From the NCBI GenBank assembly GCA_963718525.1, contig OY970355.1, positions 384,001 to 448,000 on the forward strand: a stretch of 64,000 nt of DNA. The letters run 5' to 3'. Every line of letters begins with the position of its first letter. Within the stretch, counting starts at the first letter, position 1. The DNA comes from Candidatus Dormiibacterota bacterium (GTDB lineage Bacteria > Chloroflexota > Dormibacteria > Aeolococcales > Aeolococcaceae). The notes beneath the pieces were generated by a model. The model made no database searches and had not been told where the DNA came from. It saw only the letters and a list, made by a program, of their open reading frames with translations. The position numbers and the translations under genes were made by a program. This document shows positions 28,722-39,087 of this stretch, piece after piece.

Positions 28722-29351
28722 ATGAGCAAGGCACGTCTCGAGGCCTTCAGCGACGGCATCATGGCCGTGGCGATCACGCTGCTCGCGCTCGACCTGACCG
28801 TCCCCTCGCCCGGTCACGGCGATCTGCTGACGCAACTCGGCGACCACTGGCCACAGTTCGCCGCCTATGCGGTGAGCTTCTTCACCATCGGGATCATCTG
28901 GGTGAACCACCACGCCAGGGTGAATCTCATCGCCACGGTGGACAGGACACTGCTGTTTCTGAACCTGGTGCTGCTCATGTTCGTCGTGCTGATCCCGTTC
29001 GCCACCGCCACGATGGCCACCTATCTGACCAGTGGCAGCGAGGATTCGCACATCGCCATGGCTGTGTACGCGGTGGTGCTCGAGGGCATGGCGCTGAGCT
29101 TTTCCGCGCTGTTCGAATGGTCGCTCGGCGAAGGCCGCACCCACTTCACCGTGCCGCTCGAGCAACGCCGCAATGCACGGCTGCGCACGTCGATCGGGAC
29201 GCTCGTGTACGCGGTGGTCTTCGTCATCGCCTTCATCAGCGCGCCGGCATCGCTCGCGCTCGCCGGGGCGACGGCCATCTACTACATCTTTGCTCCCGTG
29301 CCCAACACGCCCGGCGCGGGCGTGAAGGAGCTCACCTCGGGGCCGTCGTGA
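28722..29351 (+). CDS. TMEM175 family potassium channel (DUF1211)
   Basis: RLEAFSDGIMAVAITLL, SFFTIGIIWVNHH, six TM segments. Confidence 0.9.
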   Translation: MSKARLEAFSDGIMAVAITLLALDLTVPSPGHGDLLTQLGDHWPQFAAYAVSFFTIGIIWVNHHARVNLIATVDRTLLFLNLVLLMFVVLIPFATATMATYLTSGSEDSHIAMAVYAVVLEGMALSFSALFEWSLGEGRTHFTVPLEQRRNARLRTSIGTLVYAVVFVIAFISAPASLALAGATAIYYIFAPVPNTPGAGVKELTSGPS

Positions 29352-29372
29352 TCGAGTGGCAGCCGCCGGTGG

Positions 29373-29400
29373 TCTCAGCGATGTCACAGGGATGGCTCAG
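29373..29400 (+). promoter_or_regulatory. Putative MprA-like direct-repeat operator upstream of the HtrA-like protease
   Basis: tctcag-N5-tcacag-N5-gctcag, 11-bp period. Confidence 0.55.
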
Positions 29401-29462
29401 GGCACGCTGAGCATCGAGCGTCATGCTGCTGAGTGTCACCAAAATGAAAACCTCGGAGCCGG

Positions 29463-30773
29463 ATGATGACTGACGATATGCAGGAATACTTCCCCCAGGA
29501 TCCGCCTCCGCCCCCCGCAGAGCCGGCGGGCGCCGTTTATGGCCATTGGACCTCCAACCCGCAGTGGGGACCGCCAAGCTGGCCGCCCGCGCCGCAACGA
29601 TCTCCCCGTGGGTCGGGATTTCGCCGGACCGCGCTCGCCGTCTTCGCGATCGCCTGCGTCGGCGCAGGCGGCGGTACGGCCTGGGCGCTGACGACGTCCT
29701 CGGTTTCCACGACCCCGAACGGCTCGCTGCCTGCGGGAGGGTCGACCGGGCCCTCCGGTTCGAGCAGCACTCCGAACGGCACAACCTCGAGCGCTCCGCT
29801 CTCAGCCGCCGCGATCGCGAAGCTCGACTCCTCAATCGTCGACATCACCGCCGAGACCGCGACCAAGACGGGTCAGGTCGCCGGAACCGGAATGATCATC
29901 ACGTCGAACGGCGAGGTGCTCACCAACAACCACGTCATCGACGACACCATCAACATCAAGGCGCAGGTCGTCGGCACCGGCACCACCTACAGCGTGAAGG
30001 TGATCGGCTACGACGCCACTGACGATGTCGCCCTCGTACAGCTCGTCGGGGCGTCGAATCTCCCGACCATCTCACTCGGCAACTCGTCGAACCTATCCCC
30101 GGGCGACGCGATCACGGTGCTCGGGAACGCTCTCGGCAGGGGCGGCGCACCCGCAGTCCCCGGGACCGTGGCACAGCTCGGCGCCCAGATCACGGCCAGT
30201 GATGACAGCGGCGATAACGAGACCCTGACGGGCATGATCCAGGTCAGCGCTGCGATTCAGCCCGGTGATTCGGGCGGACCGGAGGTCAACTCGGCGGGTC
30301 AGGTGATCGGCATGACCACCGCCGGTCAGACCTCGGGCAACCCCAATCAGGCCGCCGGCTCCACGACCGGGTTCGCGATCCCGATCAACAAGGCCATGTC
30401 GATCGTCTCGGAGATTCGCTCCGGGAGCGGTCCGAACATTCACATCGGCCTCGCGGCACTGCTCGGCGTGGCGGTCTCGCCGTCCGTGCCCACGCTCCAA
30501 TCCGACGGCAGCGGCGTTGACTGCACCGGGTCGCGGGCCACATCCGGCGCGTGGGTCAGCGGCATCACGGCAAATCCGGCCGCCCGCGCCGGAGTGACCA
30601 CCTGCGGGCGCATCACCAGCATCGGCGGCCACACCATCACCAGCACCTCGGATCTCCACACCGCGATGGAGGGGTTCAAGGTCGGTCAGACGGTGACCCT
30701 GACCTGGATCGACGCCTCCGGCGCATCCCACACCGCCTCGGTCACGCTCGGGCAGGCCTCCTTCCCGGACTGA
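29463..30773 (+). CDS. HtrA/PepD-like trypsin serine protease with PDZ domain
   Basis: TM anchor; catalytic triad TNNHVI, DDVAL, GDSGGP; C-terminal PDZ-like region. Confidence 0.9.
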   Translation: MMTDDMQEYFPQDPPPPPAEPAGAVYGHWTSNPQWGPPSWPPAPQRSPRGSGFRRTALAVFAIACVGAGGGTAWALTTSSVSTTPNGSLPAGGSTGPSGSSSTPNGTTSSAPLSAAAIAKLDSSIVDITAETATKTGQVAGTGMIITSNGEVLTNNHVIDDTINIKAQVVGTGTTYSVKVIGYDATDDVALVQLVGASNLPTISLGNSSNLSPGDAITVLGNALGRGGAPAVPGTVAQLGAQITASDDSGDNETLTGMIQVSAAIQPGDSGGPEVNSAGQVIGMTTAGQTSGNPNQAAGSTTGFAIPINKAMSIVSEIRSGSGPNIHIGLAALLGVAVSPSVPTLQSDGSGVDCTGSRATSGAWVSGITANPAARAGVTTCGRITSIGGHTITSTSDLHTAMEGFKVGQTVTLTWIDASGASHTASVTLGQASFPD

Positions 30774-30977
30774 CCACCCCGGGGGCTGCGTAGCCCTCGG
30801 GCTGCGCGGCCCGGGAACGCGGATGCCCGTATCCCACCGGCCGTAACATCCGCGATTCCGGCGCGTCATGACGCGTTTGAAGCGTCGGCGATATAACTCA
30901 GGAAGCCCCTGAGGGGGGCCCGCCACGAGCCGGCGCCAGGCTCGCGCGGGAGATCGCGATGCACAGGACTGTGTGAC

Positions 30978-33635
30978 GTGTCACCACCTCTGGTGACCGC
31001 CAAGCAGCGTACAGGTGATGCCAGGGCCGGCCCGGAGAACCGGCCCGAGGCGAGTGCCGGCAGCGTCGCGCCAATCTGGGTGCTGAACATCGTGATGATG
31101 GCAGCCGCCGCAGCCGTCTACCTGTTCGCCGTGGCACCTTTGCGCGTGGGGGGAGGGGCGGCTATCCTGCCGATCGCGGTGCTGGTGGCGGCATTCGCCA
31201 TCGGCGAGTGGTGGCGCGTGTACATCCACTTCCGGCAGGAGGCGCAGTCGTTCTCGCTGAGCGAGATCCCCCTGGTGATCGGCGTGTTCGTGCTCGCCGC
31301 CAACCCCGGTCCGCTCGTCCTCGCCCGGATCCTCGGGGGCGCCATCGGGCTCGGTGTGCTCCGCCGCCAGGAGCCGATGAAGCTGATCTTCAATCTCGCG
31401 AGCTTCGCGCTCGAGACGGAGACCGTCACGATCCTCGTGCACCACATCTCCGGGACCGACGCGACCAGCCCGGTCGTCTGGCTGTGGGTGCTGCTCTTCA
31501 TGTCGCTCGCATCGCTGCTCGGGTTCGGGCTGACCGCCCTGGCGATCTCGCTTGCCGAGGGCCGGCAGTCACACCGGCAATGGCTCCAACCGATCGTCAT
31601 CGTGCTCATCGGCGGATTCGCCAACTGCAGCCTCGGGCTGGTCGTTGTCGCGCTGCTCAAGAGCGATCCTCCGATGCTCCTGCTGCTGCTCACGCCGCTC
31701 GCAGCCATCGGTGCCTCGTATGTCCTCTACACGCGCGAGCATCAGAAGCACCAGCGACTGCAGTATCTCTACGAGTTGAGCGACATGCTCCAGCGTGCGA
31801 GCTCCGACGGCGCCGCGATCCCCGAGCTGCTCGACCAGCTCTGCAAGGTGTTCCGGGCGGACATCGCCGTGGTCTCGCTGCTGCCGGTGGCAAGCGGCTC
31901 GGGCGGGTGGCGCACCATCAGCACCTCGAGCGGCGCGAGCGACAACGTCGAAACCGTGCTGAGCGCAGAGCACCTTGAGCGTTTCGTGCCACTCCTCGAC
32001 GAGACCAAGCGCGGGCTGATCGTCACGCCGTCGACGCCGGACCCCGAGCTCCGCACGTGGTTGCGTGAGCAGGGCTTCCGGGACGCCATGGCGACACTCC
32101 TGCAGGGCGAGGGCATGCTGCTCGGCACCCTGGTCGTTGCCAACCGGCTGAGCGACGTCGGCACCTTCGATAACGAGGATCTCCATCTGTTCGACGCCTT
32201 CGCGGCGCAGACCAGCGTCGCCGTGCAGAACACTCGTCTCGGCCACCGTCTGCGCCAGCAGGCATTTCACGACACCCTGACCGACCTCGCCAACCGCGCA
32301 CTCTTCATGGACCGTCTCGAGCACGCGCTCACGCGTCGCGAGCGCCACGACGAATCACTTGCCGTGATGTTCCTCGACCTCGACGACTTCAAGGAGATCA
32401 ATGACAGCCTGGGGCACATGGCCGGCGACGAGCTGCTCGCGAGGGTCGCCGACCGGCTGAAGCTGGTGCTCAGAGCGTCCGATACGGCAGCACGTTTCGG
32501 AGGCGACGAGTTCGCGATCCTCGTCGAGGAGACGGCATCTCCTGAGGACACCATCCGTGTCGCTGAACGGGTCGTCTCAGTTTTCAAGCCACGATTCGTC
32601 ATCGCTGGTCGCGAGGTCACGATCAGCGCTTCGGTTGAAGTCGCCGTCACAGCGTCGCGCGATGTCAGCGCGGAGGAGCTTGTGGGCCGGGCCGACGTCG
32701 CCATGTACCGCGCCAAGGTCAAGGGCAAGGACACCTACGAGATCTTCGAGCCGGGGATGCAGGACGTCGTCGCGCGCCGCCTCGAGGTACGAACGGACCT
32801 GGAGCGCGCCATCGACCGCCACGAGCTCGTGGTCCTGTACCAGCCAATCGTCGATATGACCACCAGCACTCCTGTCGGTGTCGAGGCACTGGTCCGCTGG
32901 AAGCACCCCCGCTGGGGAATGGTCGTTCCCGCGGAATTCATCAGCATCGCCGAGGAGACCGGCATGATCCGCGAGCTCGGCCTCCACGTCCTGGAGGAGG
33001 CGTGCAGGCAGTGGCAGGAATGGCAGGTCGAGTTGAACGACGAGCCCGGGTTCACCGTGAGCGTCAACGTCTCACCGCGGCAGCTGCGTGACCCGGGTTT
33101 CGTCAGCGAGGTGTGGCGCATCCTCACCAAGGCGGGGGTGCCGCCGTCCCATCTGACCCTCGAGATCACCGAGAGCTTCATGGTGGATGACCCGGAGAGC
33201 GCTCGAGCGCGCCTGCGGGAGTTGAAGTCGCTTGGTATTCGCATCTCCATGGATGACTTCGGCACCGGGTACTCGTCGCTGGCATCGCTGCAGGACCTGC
33301 CCCTGGACATCCTCAAGATCGACAAGCTGTTCGTCGACCACGTCGCCGAGGATCCGCGCCGTACGGCGTTCGCCCAGGCGATCATCCGGATGGGCAAGAC
33401 CCTCGGGCTCGGGCTCATCGCCGAAGGTGTGGAGACCGCCGACCAGTCGGAGCGGCTCCTGAGCCTCGGCTGCCGCCTGGCCCAGGGCTTCTATTTCTCG
33501 AGGCCGGTGCCCGCCGATGAGATCCAGCGGATGTTGCACGCGTCCCATGCGATGCGCCTCGCCGGGGGGAGATGGGCACAGGCGGAGCCCACCGAGCGGC
33601 GTGCGTTTCTCCGCGTGCTCGAGGAGACCGCGTAG
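30978..33635 (+). CDS. Membrane-bound GAF-GGDEF-EAL c-di-GMP enzyme
   Basis: N-terminal TM helices, GAF region, HDTLTDLANR, RASD I-site plus GGDEF, EAL, DDFGTGYSSL, EGVET. Confidence 0.93.
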   Translation: MSPPLVTAKQRTGDARAGPENRPEASAGSVAPIWVLNIVMMAAAAAVYLFAVAPLRVGGGAAILPIAVLVAAFAIGEWWRVYIHFRQEAQSFSLSEIPLVIGVFVLAANPGPLVLARILGGAIGLGVLRRQEPMKLIFNLASFALETETVTILVHHISGTDATSPVVWLWVLLFMSLASLLGFGLTALAISLAEGRQSHRQWLQPIVIVLIGGFANCSLGLVVVALLKSDPPMLLLLLTPLAAIGASYVLYTREHQKHQRLQYLYELSDMLQRASSDGAAIPELLDQLCKVFRADIAVVSLLPVASGSGGWRTISTSSGASDNVETVLSAEHLERFVPLLDETKRGLIVTPSTPDPELRTWLREQGFRDAMATLLQGEGMLLGTLVVANRLSDVGTFDNEDLHLFDAFAAQTSVAVQNTRLGHRLRQQAFHDTLTDLANRALFMDRLEHALTRRERHDESLAVMFLDLDDFKEINDSLGHMAGDELLARVADRLKLVLRASDTAARFGGDEFAILVEETASPEDTIRVAERVVSVFKPRFVIAGREVTISASVEVAVTASRDVSAEELVGRADVAMYRAKVKGKDTYEIFEPGMQDVVARRLEVRTDLERAIDRHELVVLYQPIVDMTTSTPVGVEALVRWKHPRWGMVVPAEFISIAEETGMIRELGLHVLEEACRQWQEWQVELNDEPGFTVSVNVSPRQLRDPGFVSEVWRILTKAGVPPSHLTLEITESFMVDDPESARARLRELKSLGIRISMDDFGTGYSSLASLQDLPLDILKIDKLFVDHVAEDPRRTAFAQAIIRMGKTLGLGLIAEGVETADQSERLLSLGCRLAQGFYFSRPVPADEIQRMLHASHAMRLAGGRWAQAEPTERRAFLRVLEETA

Positions 33636-33686
33636 GGCGCGGACCCGGACCTGCTGCTCGATCGCGTCGCCGCGCCCGGCCGTCCC

Positions 33687-34649
33687 TCAGAAGATGGCGT
33701 CGATGCGCGCGAGGAGGTCGGGGGTGAGTCGCTCGATGACCTCCAGGGCGCCCAGATTCTCGCGGACCTGTTCGACGCGGCTGGCACCGGTGATCACTGT
33801 GGAAACATGCGGATTGGACGCGCACCACGCGATCGAGAGCTGCGCCAGGGTGACGCCGAGCTCCGCAGCGATGACGCCAAGCTCGCGCACACGCCGATTG
33901 GCGTCTGCATTGGTGACGTCATCCTTGAGCCATCCGTAGCCGGGAAGCGCCGCTCGGCTCCCCGCCGGGATGCCGTCCTGGTACTTGCCGGTCAGGAGTC
34001 CGGAGGCGAGCGGGCTCCAGGTGGTCAGGCCGAGACCGATCCGCTCGTAGAGCGGAGCGAACTCCTTCTCCACCTTGTCGCGCTCGAAGAGGTTGTACTG
34101 AGGCTGCTCCATGACCGGCTTGTGCAGGTGGTGACGATCGGCAATCTCCCACGCCTCGAGGATGTCGGTCGCGCTCCACTCCGATGTGCCCCAGTACAGG
34201 GCACGACCCGACGCGATGATGTCGTGCATCGCTCTGACGGTCTCCTCGATCGGCGTCTCGGGGTCGGGCCGGTGACAGAAGATCAGGTCGAGAAAGTCCA
34301 GGCCGAGGCGGCGCAGGGACCCATCGACTGCGTGCAGCAAGTACTTGCGGTTGAGCGTGTTCCGTGTGTTGACCGAGTCGTCAATGCCCCAGAAGAACTT
34401 GCTCGAGATCACATACGTGTGCCTCGGCCAGCCGAGTTCGGCGATGGCTTCGCCCATGATGGTCTCGGAACGCCCGCCGGCGTAGACCTCGGCGTTGTCG
34501 AAGAAGTTGACCCCCGCGTCGTACGCGGCGGCAAGACAATCGCGTGCACTGCTGCCGGCGAGCTGTGGACCGAAGCTCACCCACGAACCAAACGAGAGCA
34601 CGCTCAACCGCAGCCCTGAGCGCCCGAGGTGTCGATACTGCATCTCCAT
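33687..34649 (-). CDS. Aldo/keto reductase (Kv-beta-like)
   Basis: [46 protein letters not shown]. Confidence 0.92.
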   Translation of the reverse strand: MEMQYRHLGRSGLRLSVLSFGSWVSFGPQLAGSSARDCLAAAYDAGVNFFDNAEVYAGGRSETIMGEAIAELGWPRHTYVISSKFFWGIDDSVNTRNTLNRKYLLHAVDGSLRRLGLDFLDLIFCHRPDPETPIEETVRAMHDIIASGRALYWGTSEWSATDILEAWEIADRHHLHKPVMEQPQYNLFERDKVEKEFAPLYERIGLGLTTWSPLASGLLTGKYQDGIPAGSRAALPGYGWLKDDVTNADANRRVRELGVIAAELGVTLAQLSIAWCASNPHVSTVITGASRVEQVRENLGALEVIERLTPDLLARIDAIF

Positions 34650-34700
34650 GACGAGCGAGCATAGAGCCGGCGCCAGGGGTGGCGACGCGGCTCGGCACCG

Positions 34701-35108
34701 ATGAGTCAGGTCGACGCGCTCACGGGGTGGATCGCGGCGGGGCTCCTCGGCGTGGCCATCGCATCATCGCTCGTGAACCGATGGCGCCTCTCTGCCGGAT
34801 TGAGCTTCTCGATGGCATGGTTCCGCGCCCACAACTGGCTCGGTGCGGTGGCAACCGTGGCCGGGATCGCGCACTGCCTCTCGTCGGTCACCAGATCCAC
34901 CCTCCCGGCGGGAGAAGAGCTCGGGATCTGGGCAGGCGCCGCGGCGGTCGGCCTGCTGGTGCTCACGGCGTTCGCGGGCAGCAGCCTGTCCGGTGCCAAA
35001 CGCGAGCGGCGCATTCGGATCAGGCGCAACCATGTCGCCACAATGTTCGCCGTGCTCGCGGTCGGGATCGTGCACACGGCGCTCAACGGACCGCTCGCCG
35101 GCCGATGA
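34701..35108 (+). CDS. Small four-TM protein with His residues (cytochrome-b/ferric-reductase-like TM domain)
   Basis: His in successive helices: RAHNWLG, IAHC, RRNHV, IVHT. Confidence 0.55.
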   Translation: MSQVDALTGWIAAGLLGVAIASSLVNRWRLSAGLSFSMAWFRAHNWLGAVATVAGIAHCLSSVTRSTLPAGEELGIWAGAAAVGLLVLTAFAGSSLSGAKRERRIRIRRNHVATMFAVLAVGIVHTALNGPLAGR

Positions 35109-35215
35109 CCGGCTGCGGCGTGACGCCACACGAACGGGACTCTGGCAAGATTGACCTCCGCACGCGCGCGACGGCGGGAAAGGCTTTGTGATGCGCGATC
35201 GTAAGAGGCACGCCG

Positions 35216-36937
35216 ATGACCGAGACGACTGAGGCTGCGTCCCCGCCGGGTGCGGGAGCTCAGCGCGGGGCGCCCACCCCTCCCGCGAGCGAACCGGATC
35301 CTCGCCGCTGGCTCGCGCTTGCGAGCGTAATGACCGCTCTGTTCATGGTGCTGCTCGACGTCTCGATCGTGAACGTCGCAATCCCAGCGATCCGGTCAAA
35401 TCTCGCCGCCAACAACGCCGACATCCAGTTTGTCATCGCGGGCTACGGGCTCGCCTACGCCGTGCTGCTGATCACCGGCGGTCGACTTGGTGACATCTTT
35501 GGCAGAAAGCGCTTGTTCATCATCGGGATGTCCGGTTTTGTGATCGCGTCGGCGCTCTGCGGGCTTGCCCAGAGCGCGATCATGCTCGACCTGTCGCGGG
35601 TGCTGCAGGGCGCGATGGCGGCAATGATGTATCCGCAGGTGCTCTCGGTCATCCAGGTCACCTTTCCGCCCCAGGAACGCGCGCGCGTTTTCGGCCTCGT
35701 CGGCGCGGTGATCGGGATGGCGACCATCACCGGCCCCCTCGTCGGCGGCCTCATCATTCGCGACGACATCACCGGCGGATCATGGCGGTGGATCTTCCTC
35801 GTCAACCTGCCGATCGGCATCGGGGCGCTCATCGCCGCCACCCGGCTCATCACCGAGTCGCGTGCCCCCAATGCGACACGCCTCGACGTCGGCGGCGTCA
35901 TCCTCGCGACCGCGGGCATCCTGTTGCTCGTCTACCCACTCGTCGAGGGACAGGTCGCCGGATGGCCCGCCTGGACGTTCATCTGCATGGCGCTCAGCCC
36001 CGTGATGCTGGCGCTCTTCATCCTGTACGAGCGGTCGCTCCCATCGACCCGGTTCCCCCTCGTGCAGCTCTCGCTGTTTCGGATCAGGTCGTTCAGCGTC
36101 GGTGTCGCGATCTCTGCGCTGTTCATCGCGGGCATTCCCGCGTTCTTCTTCACCTTCAGCCTGATGCTGCAGGTCGGGCTGGGATTCAGCGCGCTCAACG
36201 CGGGGCTGACGACGATCCCCTGGAGCATGGCGTCAGCGTTCGCGTCGTTCATGTCGACGCGAGTGGCGCCGCGACTTGGCAAGTGGACGATCGCGATCGG
36301 GTCGGCGCTGCTCGTGGTGGGGATCCTCGGCGTGATCCTCACGCTGCTCATCGTGGGCACGAAGGTCACCGGATGGGACCTGATCCCCGCTTTTCTGATC
36401 AGCGGACTGGGCCTCGGCACGGTCATCGCCCCGCTGCTCAACATCATCCTGTCCGGCGTGCCCTCCAGAGACGCCGGATCGGCGTCGGGGGTGCTCACGA
36501 CGTTCCAGCAACTCGGCGGCGCAATCGGCGTCGCAGTCGTGGGAGTCGTGTTCTTCGGGTTGCTCTCGAGCCGCGCGACGCCGGCAGTGGCTGCTGTGAC
36601 GCCGCAACTGCAGTCGCAGCTCGCGGCCGCCAACCTTCCTGCGCCACAGGCAGATGCGGCGATCTCGAAGTTCGCCGCCTGCTTCAAGGAGCTCGCGTCG
36701 TCGAGCGATCCCACGGCGCCAATCCCGGGGTGTCCGACTGCGAGTGCCACCACATCGAACCCGGTGGACCGGGCATTCGCGGAGGCAGCGCAAACCGCGC
36801 TGGCACAGGATTTCGTGACGTCGGTCGAGCGCATCCTTTACTTCAACGTCGGCTTCTGGGCGCTGACAGGCGTTCTGTCGATGCTGCTGCCGCGGGTGCG
36901 CCCGCAACCGGTCGCAGGAGCCGCGCACGCCGCTTGA
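35216..36937 (+). CDS. MFS drug:H+ antiporter (DHA2, 14 TM)
   Basis: LDVSIVNVAIP, GGRLGDIFGRKRLF, WRWIFLVNLPIG, QQLGGAIG. Confidence 0.93.
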   Translation: MTETTEAASPPGAGAQRGAPTPPASEPDPRRWLALASVMTALFMVLLDVSIVNVAIPAIRSNLAANNADIQFVIAGYGLAYAVLLITGGRLGDIFGRKRLFIIGMSGFVIASALCGLAQSAIMLDLSRVLQGAMAAMMYPQVLSVIQVTFPPQERARVFGLVGAVIGMATITGPLVGGLIIRDDITGGSWRWIFLVNLPIGIGALIAATRLITESRAPNATRLDVGGVILATAGILLLVYPLVEGQVAGWPAWTFICMALSPVMLALFILYERSLPSTRFPLVQLSLFRIRSFSVGVAISALFIAGIPAFFFTFSLMLQVGLGFSALNAGLTTIPWSMASAFASFMSTRVAPRLGKWTIAIGSALLVVGILGVILTLLIVGTKVTGWDLIPAFLISGLGLGTVIAPLLNIILSGVPSRDAGSASGVLTTFQQLGGAIGVAVVGVVFFGLLSSRATPAVAAVTPQLQSQLAAANLPAPQADAAISKFAACFKELASSSDPTAPIPGCPTASATTSNPVDRAFAEAAQTALAQDFVTSVERILYFNVGFWALTGVLSMLLPRVRPQPVAGAAHAA

Positions 36938-36945
36938 CGTGACGA

Positions 36946-36982
36946 CGGGCCGCCGGTTCAGGACGCAGGAACCAGCGGCCCG
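36946..36982. terminator. Probable bidirectional terminator hairpin
   Basis: cgggccgccggttc...gaaccagcggcccg between the convergent MFS and flp genes. Confidence 0.55.
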
Positions 36983-36991
36983 CGGGGGAGA

Positions 36992-37192
36992 CTAGTTGGC
37001 GAGCCCGCAACTCACATTCGAGAAGACGTTGTTCACCGTCTTGCCGAGCGTGGTGAGAATCACGATGACGACGATCGAGATGAGCACAAGGATCAGCGCA
37101 TATTCGATCATGCCCTGACCCTGCTCGTCGTCTCGGAGCCGTTCTCCGAGCTCGCGGATCCGTTCGCCGACCTCCAAGACCCTGGTGCCCAT
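36992..37192 (-). CDS. flp: Flp family type IVb pilin
   Basis: DEQG|QGMIEYALILVLISIVVIVILTTLG: prepilin Gly, E+5/Y+6 Flp motif and hydrophobic helix. Confidence 0.9.
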   Translation of the reverse strand: MGTRVLEVGERIRELGERLRDDEQGQGMIEYALILVLISIVVIVILTTLGKTVNNVFSNVSCGLAN

Positions 37193-37239
37193 TCGATATC
37201 TCCGATAAGAACTTTCCCCGACCTCACGAGGCGATACGT

Positions 37240-38331
37240 TCAGATTGACCTGGGTTCTCGAACCCTTCCGGAACGCCGGGTAACAGGGAGTCGCACAATG
37301 ATTCGCGTTCCGGCGACGTGCTCGTCATCGAGTGTGATGGTGCCTTTGTGGGCAGAAACGATTGCCGCGCAGATCGCGAGGCCGAGTCCGGCGCCACCGG
37401 TCTTCCTCGATCGAGACGCATCGCCGCGGGAGAAGCGCTCGAAGATCACTGGACGCATGCTCGGGGAGATCCCTGGCCCGGTATCGGTGATGGAGATCAC
37501 ACACACCCCCGGCGGAGCCGCGCCAAGCGCGAGCGTAACAACCCCACCCTTCGGGGTGTAGCTGAGGGCGTTCTCGAGCAGGTTGTCGAAGAGGCGGCCG
37601 AGGAGCAGCGCATCGCCTTCCACGACGCCTTCGCAGTCGAGCTGCTTGGTGATCCTGACCCCCAGCGTCTGCGCGTGACCCTCCCAGCGTGCGTACAACT
37701 CCTCGAGGACGTCGCTGATGTCAATCCGCGTCAACGAGGTGATCAATCCACCTGCGTCGCTACGCGACAGCGTCAGGAGCGATTCGGAGACCTTCACGAG
37801 CCGTCGCGTGTTCTTGAGGGCGAGTCGCACCGTCTCGGTCAATTCATCCGAGGTTCGCGGCTGAAGCAGGGTGATCTCCAGGTCGCTCTGCAGCGCCGAG
37901 AGCGGATTGCGCAGCTCGTGTGCGGCATCCGCGGTGAACCTGCGGAGCTGTTCGGCCATGGCGAGCTGGCTGCGCTCGCGGGCAATCAGCGAACGAACGG
38001 TGAGCTCGCTGAGACATGCGGTCACGACAATTGCCACGAACTGGAATTTCGCGGTCAATGGATCGATCGCGCCGGTGAGAGCCGTGGCGACGGTGACGAC
38101 CACGGCGGCGAGCGTGATCGTCGCCGCGAGCGGGGTCGGCAGGAGCCATGTCGCAAAGAGCACGGCAAGCAGCAGCATGCCGCCCAGGGTCGGGTTGTTC
38201 GGCACGGCAGTTTCGATGAGCAGGACGAGGAAGAGCATCGCCGCGCAGCCGAGGAAGGTGGTGACGCGGGCGAGCACGGTGGCGGGTTGGCGAGGAGCGA
38301 AGGCGTCACGGCGCCGGACCGCGACGTTCAC
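37240..38331 (-). CDS. Sensor histidine kinase (intramembrane-sensing type)
   Basis: About four TM helices; DAAHELRNPL; NLLENALSY; DTGPGI; GGAGLGLAI; GTGA overlap with the regulator gene. Confidence 0.92.
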   Translation of the reverse strand: MNVAVRRRDAFAPRQPATVLARVTTFLGCAAMLFLVLLIETAVPNNPTLGGMLLLAVLFATWLLPTPLAATITLAAVVVTVATALTGAIDPLTAKFQFVAIVVTACLSELTVRSLIARERSQLAMAEQLRRFTADAAHELRNPLSALQSDLEITLLQPRTSDELTETVRLALKNTRRLVKVSESLLTLSRSDAGGLITSLTRIDISDVLEELYARWEGHAQTLGVRITKQLDCEGVVEGDALLLGRLFDNLLENALSYTPKGGVVTLALGAAPPGVCVISITDTGPGISPSMRPVIFERFSRGDASRSRKTGGAGLGLAICAAIVSAHKGTITLDDEHVAGTRIIVRLPVTRRSGRVREPRSI

Positions 38332-39023
38332 GCCACCGCCGCGGCTTCGCCGCCGATCAACCTGTAGCCAACTCCGCGACATGTCTCGATCAGCACCGAC
38401 GCGCGGGCATCGTGCAGCTTGCGGCGCACCTTCCCGGCGTACACCTCGACCAGGCCGGACTCCACCGTCTGCGCATCACCCCACACCGCGTCGTGGATCT
38501 GCTCCTTGCTCAACACCTGAGCGGGGTGGCGGAGAAAGAGCTCGAGGATCTCGTACTCTCGCCGCGTCGTCGGCACCACCTCGTCGCCGACCGTCACTTG
38601 GCGCGAGGCGCTGTCCATGCTCAGGTTGCCCGCCCTGAGGACCTCGACCTGAGGCGCCATCCGCCTGCGGCTCAGCGCTCGAACGCGGGCGAGCACCTCC
38701 TCGAAATGGAACGGCTTGGCGAGGTAGTCGTCTGCTCCCGCGTCGAAGCCGGCGAGCCGGTCCTTGACGTCGTCACGAGCGGTGAGCATGAGGATGGCCG
38801 TCGGCGCCCCCTGGAGGCGGAGATGCCGGCACAGACCGATGCCGTCCAAATTGCCGCCGAGCATCACATCGAGGACCGCGACATCGTAGGGGAGCCCGGC
38901 ACGCAGCGTGTCGACCGCCTCCTCCCCGCTCAGGGCGACGTCGACGGATATCCCGGCCTCCGCCAGGCCGCGGGCGAGGCTTCCGGCGACCTCGGGTTCA
39001 TCCTCGACGACGAGTACGCGCAC
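38328..39023 (-). CDS. OmpR-family response regulator
   Basis: VLVVEDE, LDVML, LTARD, GADDYLAKPF, ETCRGVGY. Confidence 0.93.
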   Translation of the reverse strand: MRVLVVEDEPEVAGSLARGLAEAGISVDVALSGEEAVDTLRAGLPYDVAVLDVMLGGNLDGIGLCRHLRLQGAPTAILMLTARDDVKDRLAGFDAGADDYLAKPFHFEEVLARVRALSRRRMAPQVEVLRAGNLSMDSASRQVTVGDEVVPTTRREYEILELFLRHPAQVLSKEQIHDAVWGDAQTVESGLVEVYAGKVRRKLHDARASVLIETCRGVGYRLIGGEAAAVA

Positions 39024-39087
39024 CCCGGCATCGTATTCAGCGGCGGCTGCCCGCATTCAATTCGCGAGTGACTCGATACTTGCTTGG

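Noticed and set aside
28722-34649. Functional link between the TMEM175 channel and the Kv-beta-like reductase
   Set aside because: Different strands with unrelated genes between them; bacterial Kv-beta-like reductases are common stand-alone enzymes.
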